A stretch of DNA of 46,311 nt from Octopus bimaculoides (taxonomy: Eukaryota): NCBI RefSeq assembly GCF_001194135.2, contig NC_068981.1, positions 107,065,521 through 107,111,831 of the forward strand, in the 5' to 3' direction. This document shows, piece after piece, positions 24,899-38,905 of this stretch. How positions within the stretch are numbered: position 1 is the first letter of the stretch; the number at the start of each line of letters is the position of its first letter. Both the position numbers and the translations under genes were made by a program. The notes beneath the pieces are model-generated. The model was not told the DNA's origin. It saw only the letters and a list, made by a program, of their open reading frames with translations, and did not search any database.

Positions 24899-25085
24899 GT
24901 CAAATGTGATACATGTCTATTCACATCCTTTTGAGTTCATCATGCATTATCTCATAATTTTAAGATTTTGATGACGTGATTATTTTTAAGACCGACATTG
25001 TGAGAAGTTTGGTGTGACTAGTTTGAATATAAAGAAGGTAAAATATTTGGGCTGTGTATGGTTGATTTAAATGCTAAAGGGGTAA
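24899..25085. mobile_element. piggyBac-type MITE (family 1), left end missing
   Basis: Internal similarity (tcatgcattatctc...gattttgatga) and right TIR aatgctaaagggg-taa. Confidence 0.65.
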
Positions 25086-25565
25086 TAGATAAAATCTATG
25101 TGTAGGTGGAGTAAAAAGAAAGCTGTAACTGCATTAGAGGCAATTAATTAGTTAGAATTAGGGCCATAGTTTTAGATAACCAAACACTTATTGTCTTAAG
25201 TCCCATAATGTTGACATTGTCAACTGATTTGATATTTGGGGGAAAGAAAGTCTGAAGAGCATGAAGACTTTGTCTTTGTATACTGTATCTAGAGGAAATT
25301 ATCTTGGAGACTAACTCCAAGCTGTTGTCCACTGTAAGAGAAGTTAAATTCAGTACTTGAAACTAACAAAACATTCATTTAATTTACTTTTACTACCATA
25401 TACAAATTCAAATTGTTCCGATTTATAACTTGGTGTACCAAGCAGCTGGTCATAGACACAATGCCATATCAGTGATAACATAACTTTTTGGTTCCTTATT
25501 GACCCAGCACTCTCCATAGATCCTTAATACTCAATAATCACCTTCAGTCTATCATTATTATGCAC

Positions 25566-25596
<31 letters not shown>

Positions 25597-27114
25597 TCCT
25601 TTAGACAAATAAATTCTAAACTTGACATTTCAGCTGGTGTCTTCAAACAATGTACTACTTACTGATTTCATACAACTTATCACCAATCTGTGTACTTCTT
25701 ACCTTCACTTTGTCTTCACTTTTCACTCTCTCATTTTCCTTACACTTTCTTTTTATTTTTTTCTGTCTATGTATGTAATATCTCTTTATATATATATATA
25801 TGTGTGTGTATGATATATAATCATGGAGGTGGTTGTATAAACAATATGTAACAACTTAGAGATCAAAGCCACAGAAACTTTAAAGTATTCAATAAACATA
25901 AATATATAAATAAAACAGTATTGTTAGCCATCTTTACGTAAAGATAAACTTACAGAGTCAACCATGTTTTATAATGTTGCAAATATAAAAATATAGATAG
26001 ATATAACCATATGCTACATGTACAAGGGAGAATGTCCATTTGAGGCACTAAGTTACCACTAAAGATGATTGTAATGATTTGCATAAGATGAGATTTAATG
26101 GTGTGTACTAGATGGGAATTACTATTTTCTTGTATTTGATGGTTGTCAGATCTGAATCGGATGAAAGGTGAAGAAGCTACAAATGGACAGTAAGAACTGA
26201 AACTAAGAAAAATCAATGAGCTAATAGAAACTCTTGGATTGGTATTTAGTTGTTACATACTTGAAATGTGCTTATGAAACTTGGAAATTTTTAAGAAATG
26301 TAGCCATTGTCAAATTAATAGTTAGAAGTGTTGTACTTGTTTACTTTTCCTCCAAAATGCTGTTCTTATTGTTGTTGCCGTCTATTTATTTTCAAAACTT
26401 ATTCTTTGTATTAACTCTTAATGGGTGTCAGATATACAGCAAAGTATGAGTTACTAAGACACTTGAAATGTGATTACTCCTGCTTGTGTAAATGTAAAAT
26501 ATGTCCATTTAGACTTTAAATTAAGATTGGACAACAACAGCAACATTTTAAAGCATCATTATGAACAAATAAGGAAAGAAGACAGCAAGATTTTATTACC
26601 AAATTGAATAAGTACAATAGTGCTATTTATTTTATAGTATTTTTTTTTTTTTTTTTTTGAAATCAAATTGAAGTTTGAGGAAGCTATTTTTTACCCTTAT
26701 AAAATCACTTGCAGCAACCTATCAAAATGGGAAATGCTGCACATTTTTGGTTATAAATATATTGCAAATAAAAACAAAAGTAGTATTTTTTATGTTTTAA
26801 TGAGTTGAAATTTGGTATTCGATGATGGATTTATTACATTGCAATCATATATTATCTAAACCCAAACTGTTGAAGTACCAGTGGAGTACTGGGCTTATTT
26901 TAATTCACTATATCCCTCCTCCAAAATCAGTGTTACATTGTTAGAAATCATTAGTGTTAGTATTAATGTTCAAGAAGTAGACTATATTGTGTTTGACTCA
27001 ATACTTCCTTTCAAATACTTATATAGCAATCTTAGAAGCAAGCCAATGTTGGTAGAACATTTCAACACACCATTTATGTATGCTTGTACGGTCTGTATGT
27101 ATCTATGTAAGTAT

Positions 27115-27490
27115 GTGAGCATGGTAGTGAAATACAGGCTTCGAATGCAGAATGCTTGTAAAGACTATAAAGAAATTAAGTCAGGAAACGTTGATAGATG
27201 TACAGTGTTAGTGTGAATGAGCACTACAAAACAAATGAGCTAAAGAAACAACTAGCTATAAATGGAATCATGTGTTATGGTCAAGAGAGAAGGCTGTGCT
27301 GGTATGGCCATGTGTTGCATTTGCAGCAAGTTATAGCAACCTATGGAAGAAAGAAACCAAGTAAGACTTGGACACAAAATGATAGAAGCTGACCTGAAGA
27401 TACTGCATCTCATGGAGGAGATGATAAAGGACCATGCTGACTGGTGATGTGCAGTTCTAGAGAAAACCCCTCCACTTATAGCAAAACATA
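27115..27490 (+). pseudogene. Old RTE RT C-terminal remnant
   Basis: ORF 27198-27392 contains QERRLCWYGHVL...YGRKKPSKTW. Confidence 0.75.
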
Positions 27491-27674
27491 CTTTGACACA
27501 AGGGTAATACTAGAAACCATGGTGTGTGTTGCTTACCAAGCTTAACTGACTGTCCTCCCCATCATTTTCATCTCTTTTAGTTCATTATGAGAAACTTCAT
27601 TATTAGATGAAAGTAAACTGTAGGTTTTATGTAGATAAGATTTTTTAAATCATTGAAAAAACTAATATACTTAT

Positions 27675-28508
27675 TTAACCATTTCGGCCCGGCTGGTACA
27701 TATTTGTACCAGTCAAAAATTTTACAACTCAAATCTTTAAAATTCCTATTCTGTGTGATACAGTATAGTATCACTCTGGTTTTTCTGGTATGTATGTAGC
27801 ATCAGACATATGATCGGAGTGTATGACACTATAATGACAGCTCAAAAGGCTCACATATAACCCTAATCCCTGCCATTACTAACTACTTTTAAGTGTTTAT
27901 TATTGGTTCTCATGCTTTGGTAAGTTATTTATAAAATTTTCTTCACTGTAAACAAATTTACTTAATTATAAACATATTGTGCATAGTTTATAAGTTTTGG
28001 ATAGTAATATTCTTGCAACAATGTTGCAATACATATTTCTAAAATTGATAATTTTGAGTGGTACACCCCTGTACCATTGTGGTTTTCTATAGGTACACTC
28101 TTGTACCATTGTTTGTTGTATAGCTAAGATTGTTCCAGTTGTGTTATAAACTGTTCTATAGAGAAACTTCATTTTGTTGTGAATCAAACATACATATACA
28201 ATTTTTCAATCAACCTTCATATTACTCCCTAATATTTGAAATTTTCATTTTTTTTTTTTTTTTTTGCAAGATTCACTGCAGTATTTTGATACAACTGGTA
28301 CATACATGGTACTTCATCTAAATACAATGGTACATGCATGGTAGATTAGATAACCCAAATGGTACAAATATGTACCAGACTAAAAATAGTGTCTACTTAA
28401 TTGGCACCATCATAAACTGTCTAATAAGCATCTACACTATATAGTTTTACCAAAATTTTAGAGAAAATGCATGCAAATCTTGAAAAAATTCTGGGTTGAA
28501 AGGGTTAA
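27675..28508. mobile_element. Non-autonomous piggyBac-type element (family 2)
   Basis: TTAA at both ends. Imperfect TIRs ccatttcggcccgg and ctgggttgaaaggg. Exact 18-bp inverted subterminal repeat tggtacatatttgtacca / tggtacaaatatgtacca. Confidence 0.75.
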
Positions 28509-29364
28509 AATCCAGTAGTCCTCTTTGAACAAAATTCAATTGAACCACATTTACATTTTATATGGAAGAGTTATTTTAAACAAAATAGCTAATTTATTGA
28601 ACAAAAAAAAAAAAAAAAAAAGTTGTTTCTAAGATTATTGGTTCTGTTAGACTTATACAAAAATATGCATCACAAGTTAGTTACTTAGTTGCTACCTGAC
28701 AAATGTCTTATTCTTTACTCTAGCAATTCAGCACTATTATTACAGATCTTTTAATTGTCGTGTTTCACTCAATATGTGAGTCATTTTCTGAAAGTAGAGC
28801 ATGTTATTTCACTAATCTGTATTATTAAAGCCAGCTGAGGAGGAATTTTTTCTTTGCTTTGTGAAGTCAACACCTACCTACTTTTAACTCCTTAGAATCT
28901 TCAAAACTTTTGAATATAACATTGGCTTCTTCAGATCCTACTTTCTGCTTCATTTGTACAAAACTATCATTGATTAAAGTAGTTTCAACAAACATTTGGC
29001 TAACTTCTTCAGCTTCTTGTTCAACTGATTTCATATATTCAGTGCTTTTTGCTGGATAATTAGCTTGGGAGAGTAGTGAGTGACATATCATCCATCCAAA
29101 TAGTTAATATTTCTTCATAGTTGCCATTATTTTACTGCCTGTGCACATTAGTTTAGAAATGCAATGCTCACATGAATTTTAGTTTGTCAAATACATTTTG
29201 TTAATTAATTCAATATGGTTTTGTAAGTTGTCAGTGAAAATCCCAGTAATTCTGTGACAGTGTTTTTTTTCTCTTTTTCTCTTTCTTCTTTATGTTTTTA
29301 TAAAATCTCCAGTTAAGTACTTAAAGCTGTTCTACTTATATAATGTAATGGGATAACAAAAATT

Positions 29365-29615
29365 TTAATCCTTTAACTGCGAATCAAATTTCATGGTTAT
29401 TCCAGTAATGATGTTAAATGTGTACCAAAAAAATAGAATTGGTATTTTCTTTTAATTTATGCTGCCTCAATAAAATTGATGTATCTCAACAAAAAAATAT
29501 TTTAATAAATGACATTCCTCAATGAAAGATAGATTAGTACATAAAACTACTTTCCACAGTTAAAGGTAATGAAATTTTGAGTGGATAAACCTGATATCTG
29601 TAGTAAAAGTGTTAA
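29365..29615. mobile_element. Old piggyBac-type MITE (tentative)
   Basis: ttaa-tcctttaactgc...gtagtaaaagtg-ttaa, with degenerate TIRs. Confidence 0.4.
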
Positions 29616-30000
29616 GAAAAAATTGGTTTCTTAGACCTTTAAGAAATTGCAGAATTGCAAAAGAAATGCTATAATATATTCTCTAGAATGCAAGCACAAG
29701 CTGAGTGTGACAAACCGACTGCTTTCTTTTGTGAATGCTAATAAAGCATCAAGAGGGTTTCTTTTGAAAGGCTCAAATTTAAGTAGGAAATTCCAGGGAA
29801 GGTAGAGCTTTGGGAGTTTGTTTTTTTTTTTTTATGAATTTTTAATGATAAATTATTGCAATACTGTGTTTTGTTAGTTTTAATGGAGGAAATGTAAAAT
29901 GAAGTTCTATTAACACTGGTGATGTACATGTGCATATACACACAAACACATACAGAGGATGGCTGATTTTAGTTCAGTCATATATTCAGTAATACTCATT

Positions 30001-30293
30001 CATCTTTTACTTGTCTCAGTCATTAGACTGCGGTCATGCTGGGGTACTACTTAGAAGAATCTTTAATTGAATGAATCAACTTCAGTACTTATTTTTTCTT
30101 AAACCTGGTATTTATTCTATCAGTCTCTTTTTGTCAACTGCTAAGTTACAGGGATGTAAATATATGCACGCACACACACGACAAGCTTCTTTCAGTTTTC
30201 ATCTACCAAATCCACTCACAAGACAAGTCTAAAAAATTCAAAAGCATGTGGCTGGGAAGCAAGCTTCTTATCACACAGCCATGCCTGCACCTA
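30001..30293 (-). mobile_element. tRNA-SINE family A
   Basis: cttttacttgtctcagtcattagactgcgg...ctaccaaatccactcacaag...aagcaagcttcttatcacacagccatgcctgcacc. Confidence 0.8.
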
Positions 30294-33200
30294 TGTTTCT
30301 ACATACAAAAAAATTTCCCATAATATTCATAATAACATGCACTTTATAACTTTATCATTTATGACTTAACAATCTTATAGTTACATAATTTTAGAATATC
30401 TTTCATAGTAAGTAAATAAGTGAAATGTATCAGCTAGTTGGATCTGATGGACACCATTTTTCATTGACCATTGTGCTACTTAGTTTATGAGCAGTACAGT
30501 GATATGTTAAAAGAGCAGTTTTGGTATGAATTGAACAGTTTGATTGTGATATTGATCATAACATCAATATCTATTTGAAGGAGGGAACAGTTGAGGAATA
30601 TCTACTTGAGGTTTTTGATATTTACCATTTTATCAATGTTGAAGGATGAAAATCAAAGATGACCTGGGTGGGTTTTGAATTCAGAACATAAAGAGGTGTA
30701 ACTGAACACTTTGTGGCACTTTGTCCAGTACTCTTCATTCAGCCCAGTCACTGCTCTCTGTGTAATATTAAGGAAAGCAATCACAGTATGACTTCATAAG
30801 CAGCAAACTTTTATACAATTGATATATGTTTGAATCTTTTCATACAAATGTAAGTAGATGTTCACTGTGGCTCTCACCTTTATTTCTATAAGTATTGTAA
30901 ATGAGAATCTCAATCATTTATTGTACTATCAGTTTCTATTCTGTATGTTAGCAAGAAATAGAAACATTTCTTGAATAATTAATACATTTGTGAAAAATCT
31001 TGATCCGTTAATCCTCTTAAATTTGTCTAGGCTAATCATTTGGAAGAATTTTACGTTTTGTTTTTCGTTGTTTTGTGTGTGTGTACACTGTTGTTTATTG
31101 AATAGGTTTTGTTTACAGTTTTATTTTCAACCTTTGCATTCTGCTAGGATTGTTTCTTAACCTTCCAGAGTGAATTCAAGTAGCTGTATAAAGTATATAT
31201 TGTATATTGCCTTGAACCAATATTAGAAATAAATAATTATGTATATCCTGCTGAAGTCAACTTCTTAAAATTTAAGAAAAAGAAGAAACCATGCAATTTT
31301 CTGGTTTAATTTGATAGACTTCCTTACATTTACAAGAATTAATGTCTCTTATTGTAAGAAATCAATATCAAGATTAACCAAAGTGTTGTTTTAAGTGCAA
31401 GTGTTAGCATGCATGTTAAACTAGATTGTCTGAAATACCTTTATACGGATTTGCATTTAATAGTTCTATCTACATCAGGGTCAATAAAATAAGTTTAAGG
31501 AGTAAAAAAAGATCATTTTAAGAGGTTGTGTGGTTTGGCTTAAAATACTTCTTTGCGCCATAGCAAAAGAAATCTGTAGTATGTATAAACATCCTATCAA
31601 TGCTTTACATTCTGTAGGAATTTTATAATTAAAATATAAGTTGACCCTATCAACCATGACTGTGATCAAAAGTGTAATAAGCATGACCATTCCATCTTAT
31701 TTACAGTCAGTATATTCATGTTCACCATATCCAGTGTGTCTTTCATAAACTGAAATACTTGCTACATAAGGTGATTGTAGATATTCACAACAGTAGAGTT
31801 GGATATGAGCAAGGTTTGATTATTTCTTGCAGGTCAAGTAAACACACAGATTTTTTTATTGATGTTAATAGTCATTCATTTGTCTTGTCATGTGTATGTA
31901 AAATAAGAATTAAAATTAGAAACAAACTGAATATAATTAAAACAATACAGAGAGGATAAAATGCCATAATAATGTATTATTAAGTTTAGCACTTGAAGGA
32001 AAAGTGAAGTGTCTTTGATGTTTCAAACATTTGTCCTTAAAAAGAAAGAAAGGGAACTGAAGAAGACACATAGAGAGAAGGGGGGGTGAGAGAGAGAGAG
32101 AAATTCTATAATATAATTGGGTAGAAATGAGAAGAAGATAACAAAGATGAAAAAGAGGATTGTCATTCTATGAGGTAGTCAGAAAGGGAGATGTGGGCAG
32201 GTGTGTAGGTGTTTGTATCAACATGTGTGTACTTTTGGTAGCCAGTATGTAGAGATTGCATATATGAGTATGTTTGGTTGGGTGCACATGTGTTTAATGA
32301 TGTGTGTGTATGTCACATTGGATGGTGTTAGTGTAGGTGAGTTGATATGTGTGTGTGGTGTGTATATATCAGGCTGTAAGGTTGAATGCATGTGAAATAT
32401 GAATAGCATTTTGTGTTGGCATGTGTGCACATACACATGTGCAATTCAAATGTGTGCATTGGTCAAAGTGTAGCACAGGTATCTGCTCAGAGTATGTACA
32501 AGTCTTTGTGATGTTTTGTGTGTATGTTATAAAGAGTTGGCTTTCTGTGTGTTTGTGCAAACAAAAAGTACAATGTGGTTCGGAGTTAAATCTAAGAGAG
32601 TACAATCCAATGTGGACAAGATCTTTAGAAAAGAGATAGTGGAAGACAGCTAAAAAAAAAAACAACTTTTTTTGTAAAGACAGGGGACAGAAAGTTGTTG
32701 AAAGTATGTATAAAAGAAGTGTGTCTGTGATTTTCTAGGAAATATAAATGGTTAGCAGTTGGGTGATGGGGAAAAAGGGAAGGAAGAAGCTTTATATGTA
32801 CATAGTATTAAGAGCAGACAATTTGAGGATAGATGTTGGTAGGTGGGTATATGAAGTTAGTGTTATATATATTGTGTTTGTGTAAAGTTTAGCAGCATAT
32901 TGTTGAGCTTTTTTTCTGTCTTTGATTTAAGCAGAAATTCATATCATTGTCTGTAGAAAGAAAATATAGCAAACTAGTATGAAGGCTATAAATATTTTAT
33001 TTCGATCATTTTTAAACTACCTAGAATATATAACTAGGCTAGCAATTATCTGTTTTGATTTGGAGCCAGAAACTTAAAAGACTGAAGAAATATGTGCATG
33101 GTATCAATTATGTGGTTGATCTGTTCTAATAACTGACAAAATCAAAATACCTTCTTGTTTGCTTATGATTTCTTTTATCTAACCCCAAATTCTTCGGATT

Positions 33201-36200
33201 GTACTTTGCTAGATAGACTGACACATGTGAATTTGAAACCTCATCATATAAAGCATTGGTGAAATGATTTCATTTTCAGTATACATATGATACTATCTTT
33301 TTTTATTTTTTTTAAATGAGTGTTAGTCGTAACCATTATAGATAACCATAAATAATATTTCAATATTTTTCCCTTTTCACGATTAAAGCTAGGTGATGAA
33401 AAAATCAATATTGCTGCATTTTACAACATCAGATGCAGGTTGAGAATTAACTTCAGCTCTGGAATTTTTTTTTTTTAAATGTGCGTGTGTATGTGTAATT
33501 GTGTGGTTAATAAATCAAAGCTGCTAATCAATACAATGTACTTTCTTCTGTCATGTGGGTTGTATCTAATTGTTACTTTAAGAATATCATTTCTTATTCT
33601 TTACTTGTGTCTATATTATGTGTAACTGTGTAATATCCTTTGGCCACATTTAAATTAGCAGTTATGAGATGCAACAGTTTTAAGTATATAACAGTATTTT
33701 TTTGTAAGTTGTTATTTCTCAACAAATTATTCTCTTGAGGTAAAAAAAAGGAAAATCTTTATTTAGGTGTTTTCTAAATCATGCAAGAAGCTGACAATAT
33801 GAAAATTCAGTGTCATCGTTACAAATTTTTTTGAAGCATATATTTTACAGCACAAGCTGAAGTTAAATACCTGTTATAAGAAGAAAATATTTATATATTT
33901 AGTACATTTATGAATGTATGTCTGTTTTGGACGAAGTCAAAAACTACAAAACACATCTCCACCCCTACCCACAAAATAATATCATAGATGTTATTCACCA
34001 TCTCACTGTGAAAGTTTCTATTATATTTTTAGTGATCTATACAGCACCAATGTAAATTATTCATATACATGTACAGTTTAAGAATATTCCAGAAGCCATT
34101 AATGCTTCAAATTATGTATCCTGTTATACTCTCATATTTCTTTCCAACTAGATACACTTCTAATGAAAACTTAACTCTTCATTCAATATTTAAAATATAA
34201 TTCTCTTTTTGACATACCTTCTTATCACATTTTGTAGATATTCATCAGCTAGAAGACTGTAAGCTAGGCAACAATTTAATAAAGTTTAATTTTTACTTAA
34301 AATTCCCTTAACTTCTGAAGGATATATGTATCTTAATTTTAGAATAGGTACACCATATACCTCTGTGTCATAGGAGATGACTAAAAAGAGTTGGCATCAA
34401 GAAGGAAATCCACCTATAAAATACTCCCATCCAACCTATACCTGCATGAAAACTTCACCATAAAAATGATTTTTTTTCCCCCCTCACTCTTTCTCTTAAA
34501 TAATCTTTTATCATTATTGTTACAAACACATTGTCAGTTTGTTTATGTTCAATTTCATTCAATATTTAAAATATAGTCCGTATTGTGACCCTTCCTCTGA
34601 TCATCACCCTTCATGAGCCAGAAAACTATATGCTAAGCGACATTTTAATATGATTTAATTTTTTATTCATTCTGCTACTCAGGTTGCAGTTAATTTCTGT
34701 ATATTTCTTTTACATCCCCCACCACCACTCTGTATATCAATCATCATTCTTATGTCCACTTTCCATGATGTTATGGGTTTGACAGATCATCATGATCCAA
34801 GTTCTTAATGGAAGCTGTAACTCTCATAGACAGATGTTTTTATGTTTAATGTTCGCTTGATTTGTATTAGCTGCATTTCTTGTGGGACCAACACTAAACA
34901 GATTATCGTGTACTTAACTCTAAACTTTACAGTATATATTGAGTGCATTCTTCATGGCACAAATACTAGAGAGGTTTTAAAGTATTCAGTGAGACAGAAC
35001 CAAAAGTACCTCTTAACTCTACTTGTCCTCTGCTCACTTGCCATCACTCTAGAGGTGACACTCGGCAGAGAAGAGAGACACACCATCACAAGAGGGGTTG
35101 CTTGAAGAGTACTCACTACCTTAAGATGTGTATGTCTGTTCGAGGCAATGTTACCCATGAGGGAAATAGAAAGTTAATGACAGAAGGGGCAGAATGAGTG
35201 GGTGAAAGGTGTAAGAGTATAATGGTAGACATATTGATTGGGGTGAAGACAGTGGGGAAACGAGGGCAATAGTAGAGGTAAGCAAAATGATGTATGACAG
35301 GGGAGAGAGAGTGATGGCTGGCAGTACAGAAGGAGTGATGAATCATGAGGTTGCCTTGATTAAGAGAGAACAAGAGCATAAAAAAAGGCATATTATCCTA
35401 AACTTTGAGACAGAAACATCAAAAGTGAGACAGATCATGTGATACTGTTCAGTATTTTCTTATCTTTATAAGTGAAGAAGATGGACACAACTTTGGAATT
35501 ACACTCTAGGAACAAAAAGTGTTATGCATGGATTTTGCTTCACACTAATTCATGGTTCATAAATCTGCTTTAATCACTTGTGATAATGTCAAGACTTATA
35601 CACAAGTATTCTGTTGATATGTTCACCATGGTAGACAGAAAGTTTGTTATACATAAAGGCATAGCAAAAAGAATTACATGTCCATTCATACATTCAGCTT
35701 TGAAATATCATCAACAATGATAGAACTAGAGATACTGGTCATTTTACATTCTTGCAACAATAAGATTTTGTTTTCTTAGTGTCTAGAAGCTACTTCTAGA
35801 CACTAAAAGACCAAAGCCTTTTTGACACCATCAACAGAACAACGGTTCACAGCCCATGTGGACCTCTAAACTCAAAAGTCCCGTGCATAAAAATTAATAC
35901 ATCAGTATCTCGGGAAACTGATAAGACACTCAAATGGTGGCAAAAATTCATATCATCTATTGAGAAGGGAGGAGAATTCCCGAAGATTAAAGTCTTGTAA
36001 CAAAGTGGAAAATGAGAAACAGCAATGGTGTTGAGAAGGAAACTAAGAGATTGTGCCTTGCTGCTCACTAGTGTCCAGCACCCTTGATGTACACATCAAT
36101 ATTGCAATTAAATGTATGTGGGTCATATGCTGCTTTGTAAGCTCTTCAGATAAAACATAAAGGATAAATCAACTCAATTCCAGTTAAGGTTTTAATTTTA

Positions 36201-36759
36201 TTTTGTTGCTAAATTTAAATTAAAACAGTTTCATTATATTGTAGGAACTGTCTGTTCTTCTTAATGATTCTTTCAGTTTGTGTGTCAAAATATATTCAAT
36301 TCGACATTGTGAAGAAAGTCTAAATAAAAGCTAATCAACCTTTACTTAAAGATGGTAAAATTTTTAATGTCAGAAAATCATTAGAATGGTTGCAAAATAT
36401 GCAAGCACATTCTCAATTTCAGTTGATAGTTTCAAAACAAAGTGTTGCAGTAGTTTAACTTGATATTAGTTAGATAAACAGTTATTTAAAAAAAAAAAAA
36501 AATAATAATTGAAGTATTCCTTATATTTATTAACAGAGAATTTAATGATGCAGTTTATAACTTAAATATCATGAAGAATATGTTATATAAAAAGAAAGAT
36601 GTTTGCGGGAACATTTACTGTTATGTTATTTTAAATAGTGTTAAAAAGCATTCACACTTGTCTGGTATGGGAATATCCTTGCTAAAAATGCTTCTGTATG
36701 GGTTTCATCCACTTCTAGTCTTTTGGATTGGAGGCTCTCTGCTCCATTGCTGAAGTTGC

Positions 36760-37200
36760 TGATGATTTCTTTGTAACCCACACTCTGTCAACTCTGGTGT
36801 GCTCCAAGACTTGGTTTTCTCCTCCTCACTGTTTCTCCTCTATATCAGCAACTTACTTTTACTGTCAACAATGCTCCATCCCATTCCACTCTTTACTCTT
36901 CCCTAACCTTCTGCACTTAAGCGTCATATACCTGTGTTGTATGCATATGATGCATGGTTGCAACCTCTGTTGTCTATTTGCAAAATCAGTAATGACTTCA
37001 TGAACAGGAACCTGGAAAACATTCTCCAATGGAGTCATGTTAATCTCGATACCTTCACTAACACAAAGAAATAATCACTGCACATATCAAGAAAACAATA
37101 TTGAACCTCACCCACCACCATCCCCACTAAACATGGACAACACTCAATGTTGTTGCTATGAATATTTGGCTTGCACCATCACTGGTCCTTCAGCAAGGCA
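36760..37200 (+). pseudogene. CR1/L2-group LINE reverse transcriptase remnant
   Basis: Frames read SVNSGVLQDLVFSSSLFLLYISNL (decayed GVPQGSVLSP.LF) and LYAYDA...NRNLENILQWSHVNL..F..TKK (decayed YADD region). Confidence 0.7.
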
Positions 37201-38683
37201 AAGATAACATCACAATGATTAGCCTTCTAAATCTAGTTCCAAAAAATACTTCAACACCAAACACGTGCTACCTTGCTACTAAGCTCAAGTGAAATATATG
37301 TAATATTGCTCTCATTTCTCACACATTCCTGCTAACTACACTCAAACATTGTAGACTACAACCAAGAAGGAAAAGGCTTTGCAATTAATTATGATGTTGC
37401 TCCCATCACAATCCAATCCCTGGCCTGTTTTTTTTTTTCTGTAGTGGCCACTATAGAAGCGAAAATTTAGAAAACAGGCCAGAGATTGGATTGTGATGGG
37501 AGCAACATCATAACAATTAATTACAAGGCTTTTTCTGCTCCTCAGTTAGTTTCCTTCCATCTCCATTCAAACACACTCAACTTACTCATCATCTCTCCTT
37601 CTCATCCACATAGTCTACACTCCCCTCTGGGACCTGCACTAACTACTATGCTTTATCTTTTCTTCCAGAGTATCTATCCCATTTTTTTTTCCTACAGTGG
37701 TGATTTCATGCAGTCTAAAAAGACCTGTAAAAACCATAGGCACAACTCCTTCCTGACCAGACCTTAAAATATATATTTATTATTTTATATGTAATTAAGA
37801 TGTTTATAGTATTTAATTTATACTACTCCTATTGATTTATTGGATAACTGTGCTATTATTTTTGTTTTTAAGCTTCAGTTGTTTTATGCATCTCTTTAAA
37901 TTTGTTATCTGATATCTTTTTTTATCATCTCTGAATTATAATTTTAAGTCTACTTCCAGATCTTGCTTTATTTATGTTTAGTCTAACAACCACTTATTGG
38001 TATTGATAAAACTATCTCAAATATGTTTAGATATGAAAGAAAAGTAAAACTAAATCAAATTGGCAGGTTTTGAAATCAGGATAGTGAACAACTCAACTAG
38101 ATTTGTCCAGAGTTTTCTTTGTTTTTGTTTTTTTTAGTATCTGGCCTAACTTTATTGTCTTTTAGAGAAAAAATGAAGCTCATTAGTTATAAAGACTGTT
38201 TCTATTAATATATTGCAGTTAATGTATGCCTGGGTTTATTTTTCATTTTATGAATTTTGTTCTTAGTGAAAAGGCTAAAACACTAATTTTTGCTTGTGAT
38301 GGTATTAAAATTTATTTTTGATGAAGTTAATATTTAACTCTAATTGTAAAGGAGCTTTCCTCAGTCTGTCCTATTTTTACTAAATTACTCACTTGAAGTG
38401 GCAAAATTTGTTTATTCTTTGAAGAACTATAATTCTATTTCTTCAAAGTTGCCGTTGTGGACTATTTATCTAGAGATACAAATTGTCATTCATAGTTTAC
38501 CTGTAGTTGCTTGGCAATGTTGCAGTTATCTGGAGATGTAAGTAGCATTGTAGTTATATGTTGATACAAGGACACTGTATTTTATACTGTAGTTATTTAA
38601 ACCATAGTTGCACGGGTATGTTTTGTCATTGCTTACAGCATAGTATCAGTTACATTTGTTCAGATATAGTTATATAATTATGT

Positions 38684-38905
38684 GGAGGTATTTGGCTTAG
38701 TGGTTGGGTATTACACTCATGATTGTTAGATTGTGGTTTTGAATGCTGGACTGGGCAGTGTGTTCTGTTCTAGAGCAAAACACTTCACTTTTCATTGCTC
38801 TAGTCCACTCAGCTGGCAAAAATGAGTAATCCTGTGATGGGCTGGCATCCTAACCAGAGAGGAAATATATATGTCACAGAATCTGGGTAACCAGCCTTAT
38901 GAGGC
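38684..38905 (+). mobile_element. tRNA-SINE family C with Pol III A/B boxes
   Basis: A box tggcttagtgg 38693-38703 and decayed B box ggttttgaatgc 38735-38746, then agagcaaaacacttc...agtccactcagctggcaaaaatgagta. Confidence 0.7.

Noticed and set aside
28980-29012. Minus-strand ctgaaga...gaaa (similar chance hits near 7945-8041, 25253, 34242, 37534-37548)
   Set aside because: Stem II and stem I do not pair convincingly, or GAAA is missing.
28867-29091. Minus-strand ORF with protein-like composition
   Set aside because: No motif I can assign. It may be a transposase scrap, but that is unsupported without a search.
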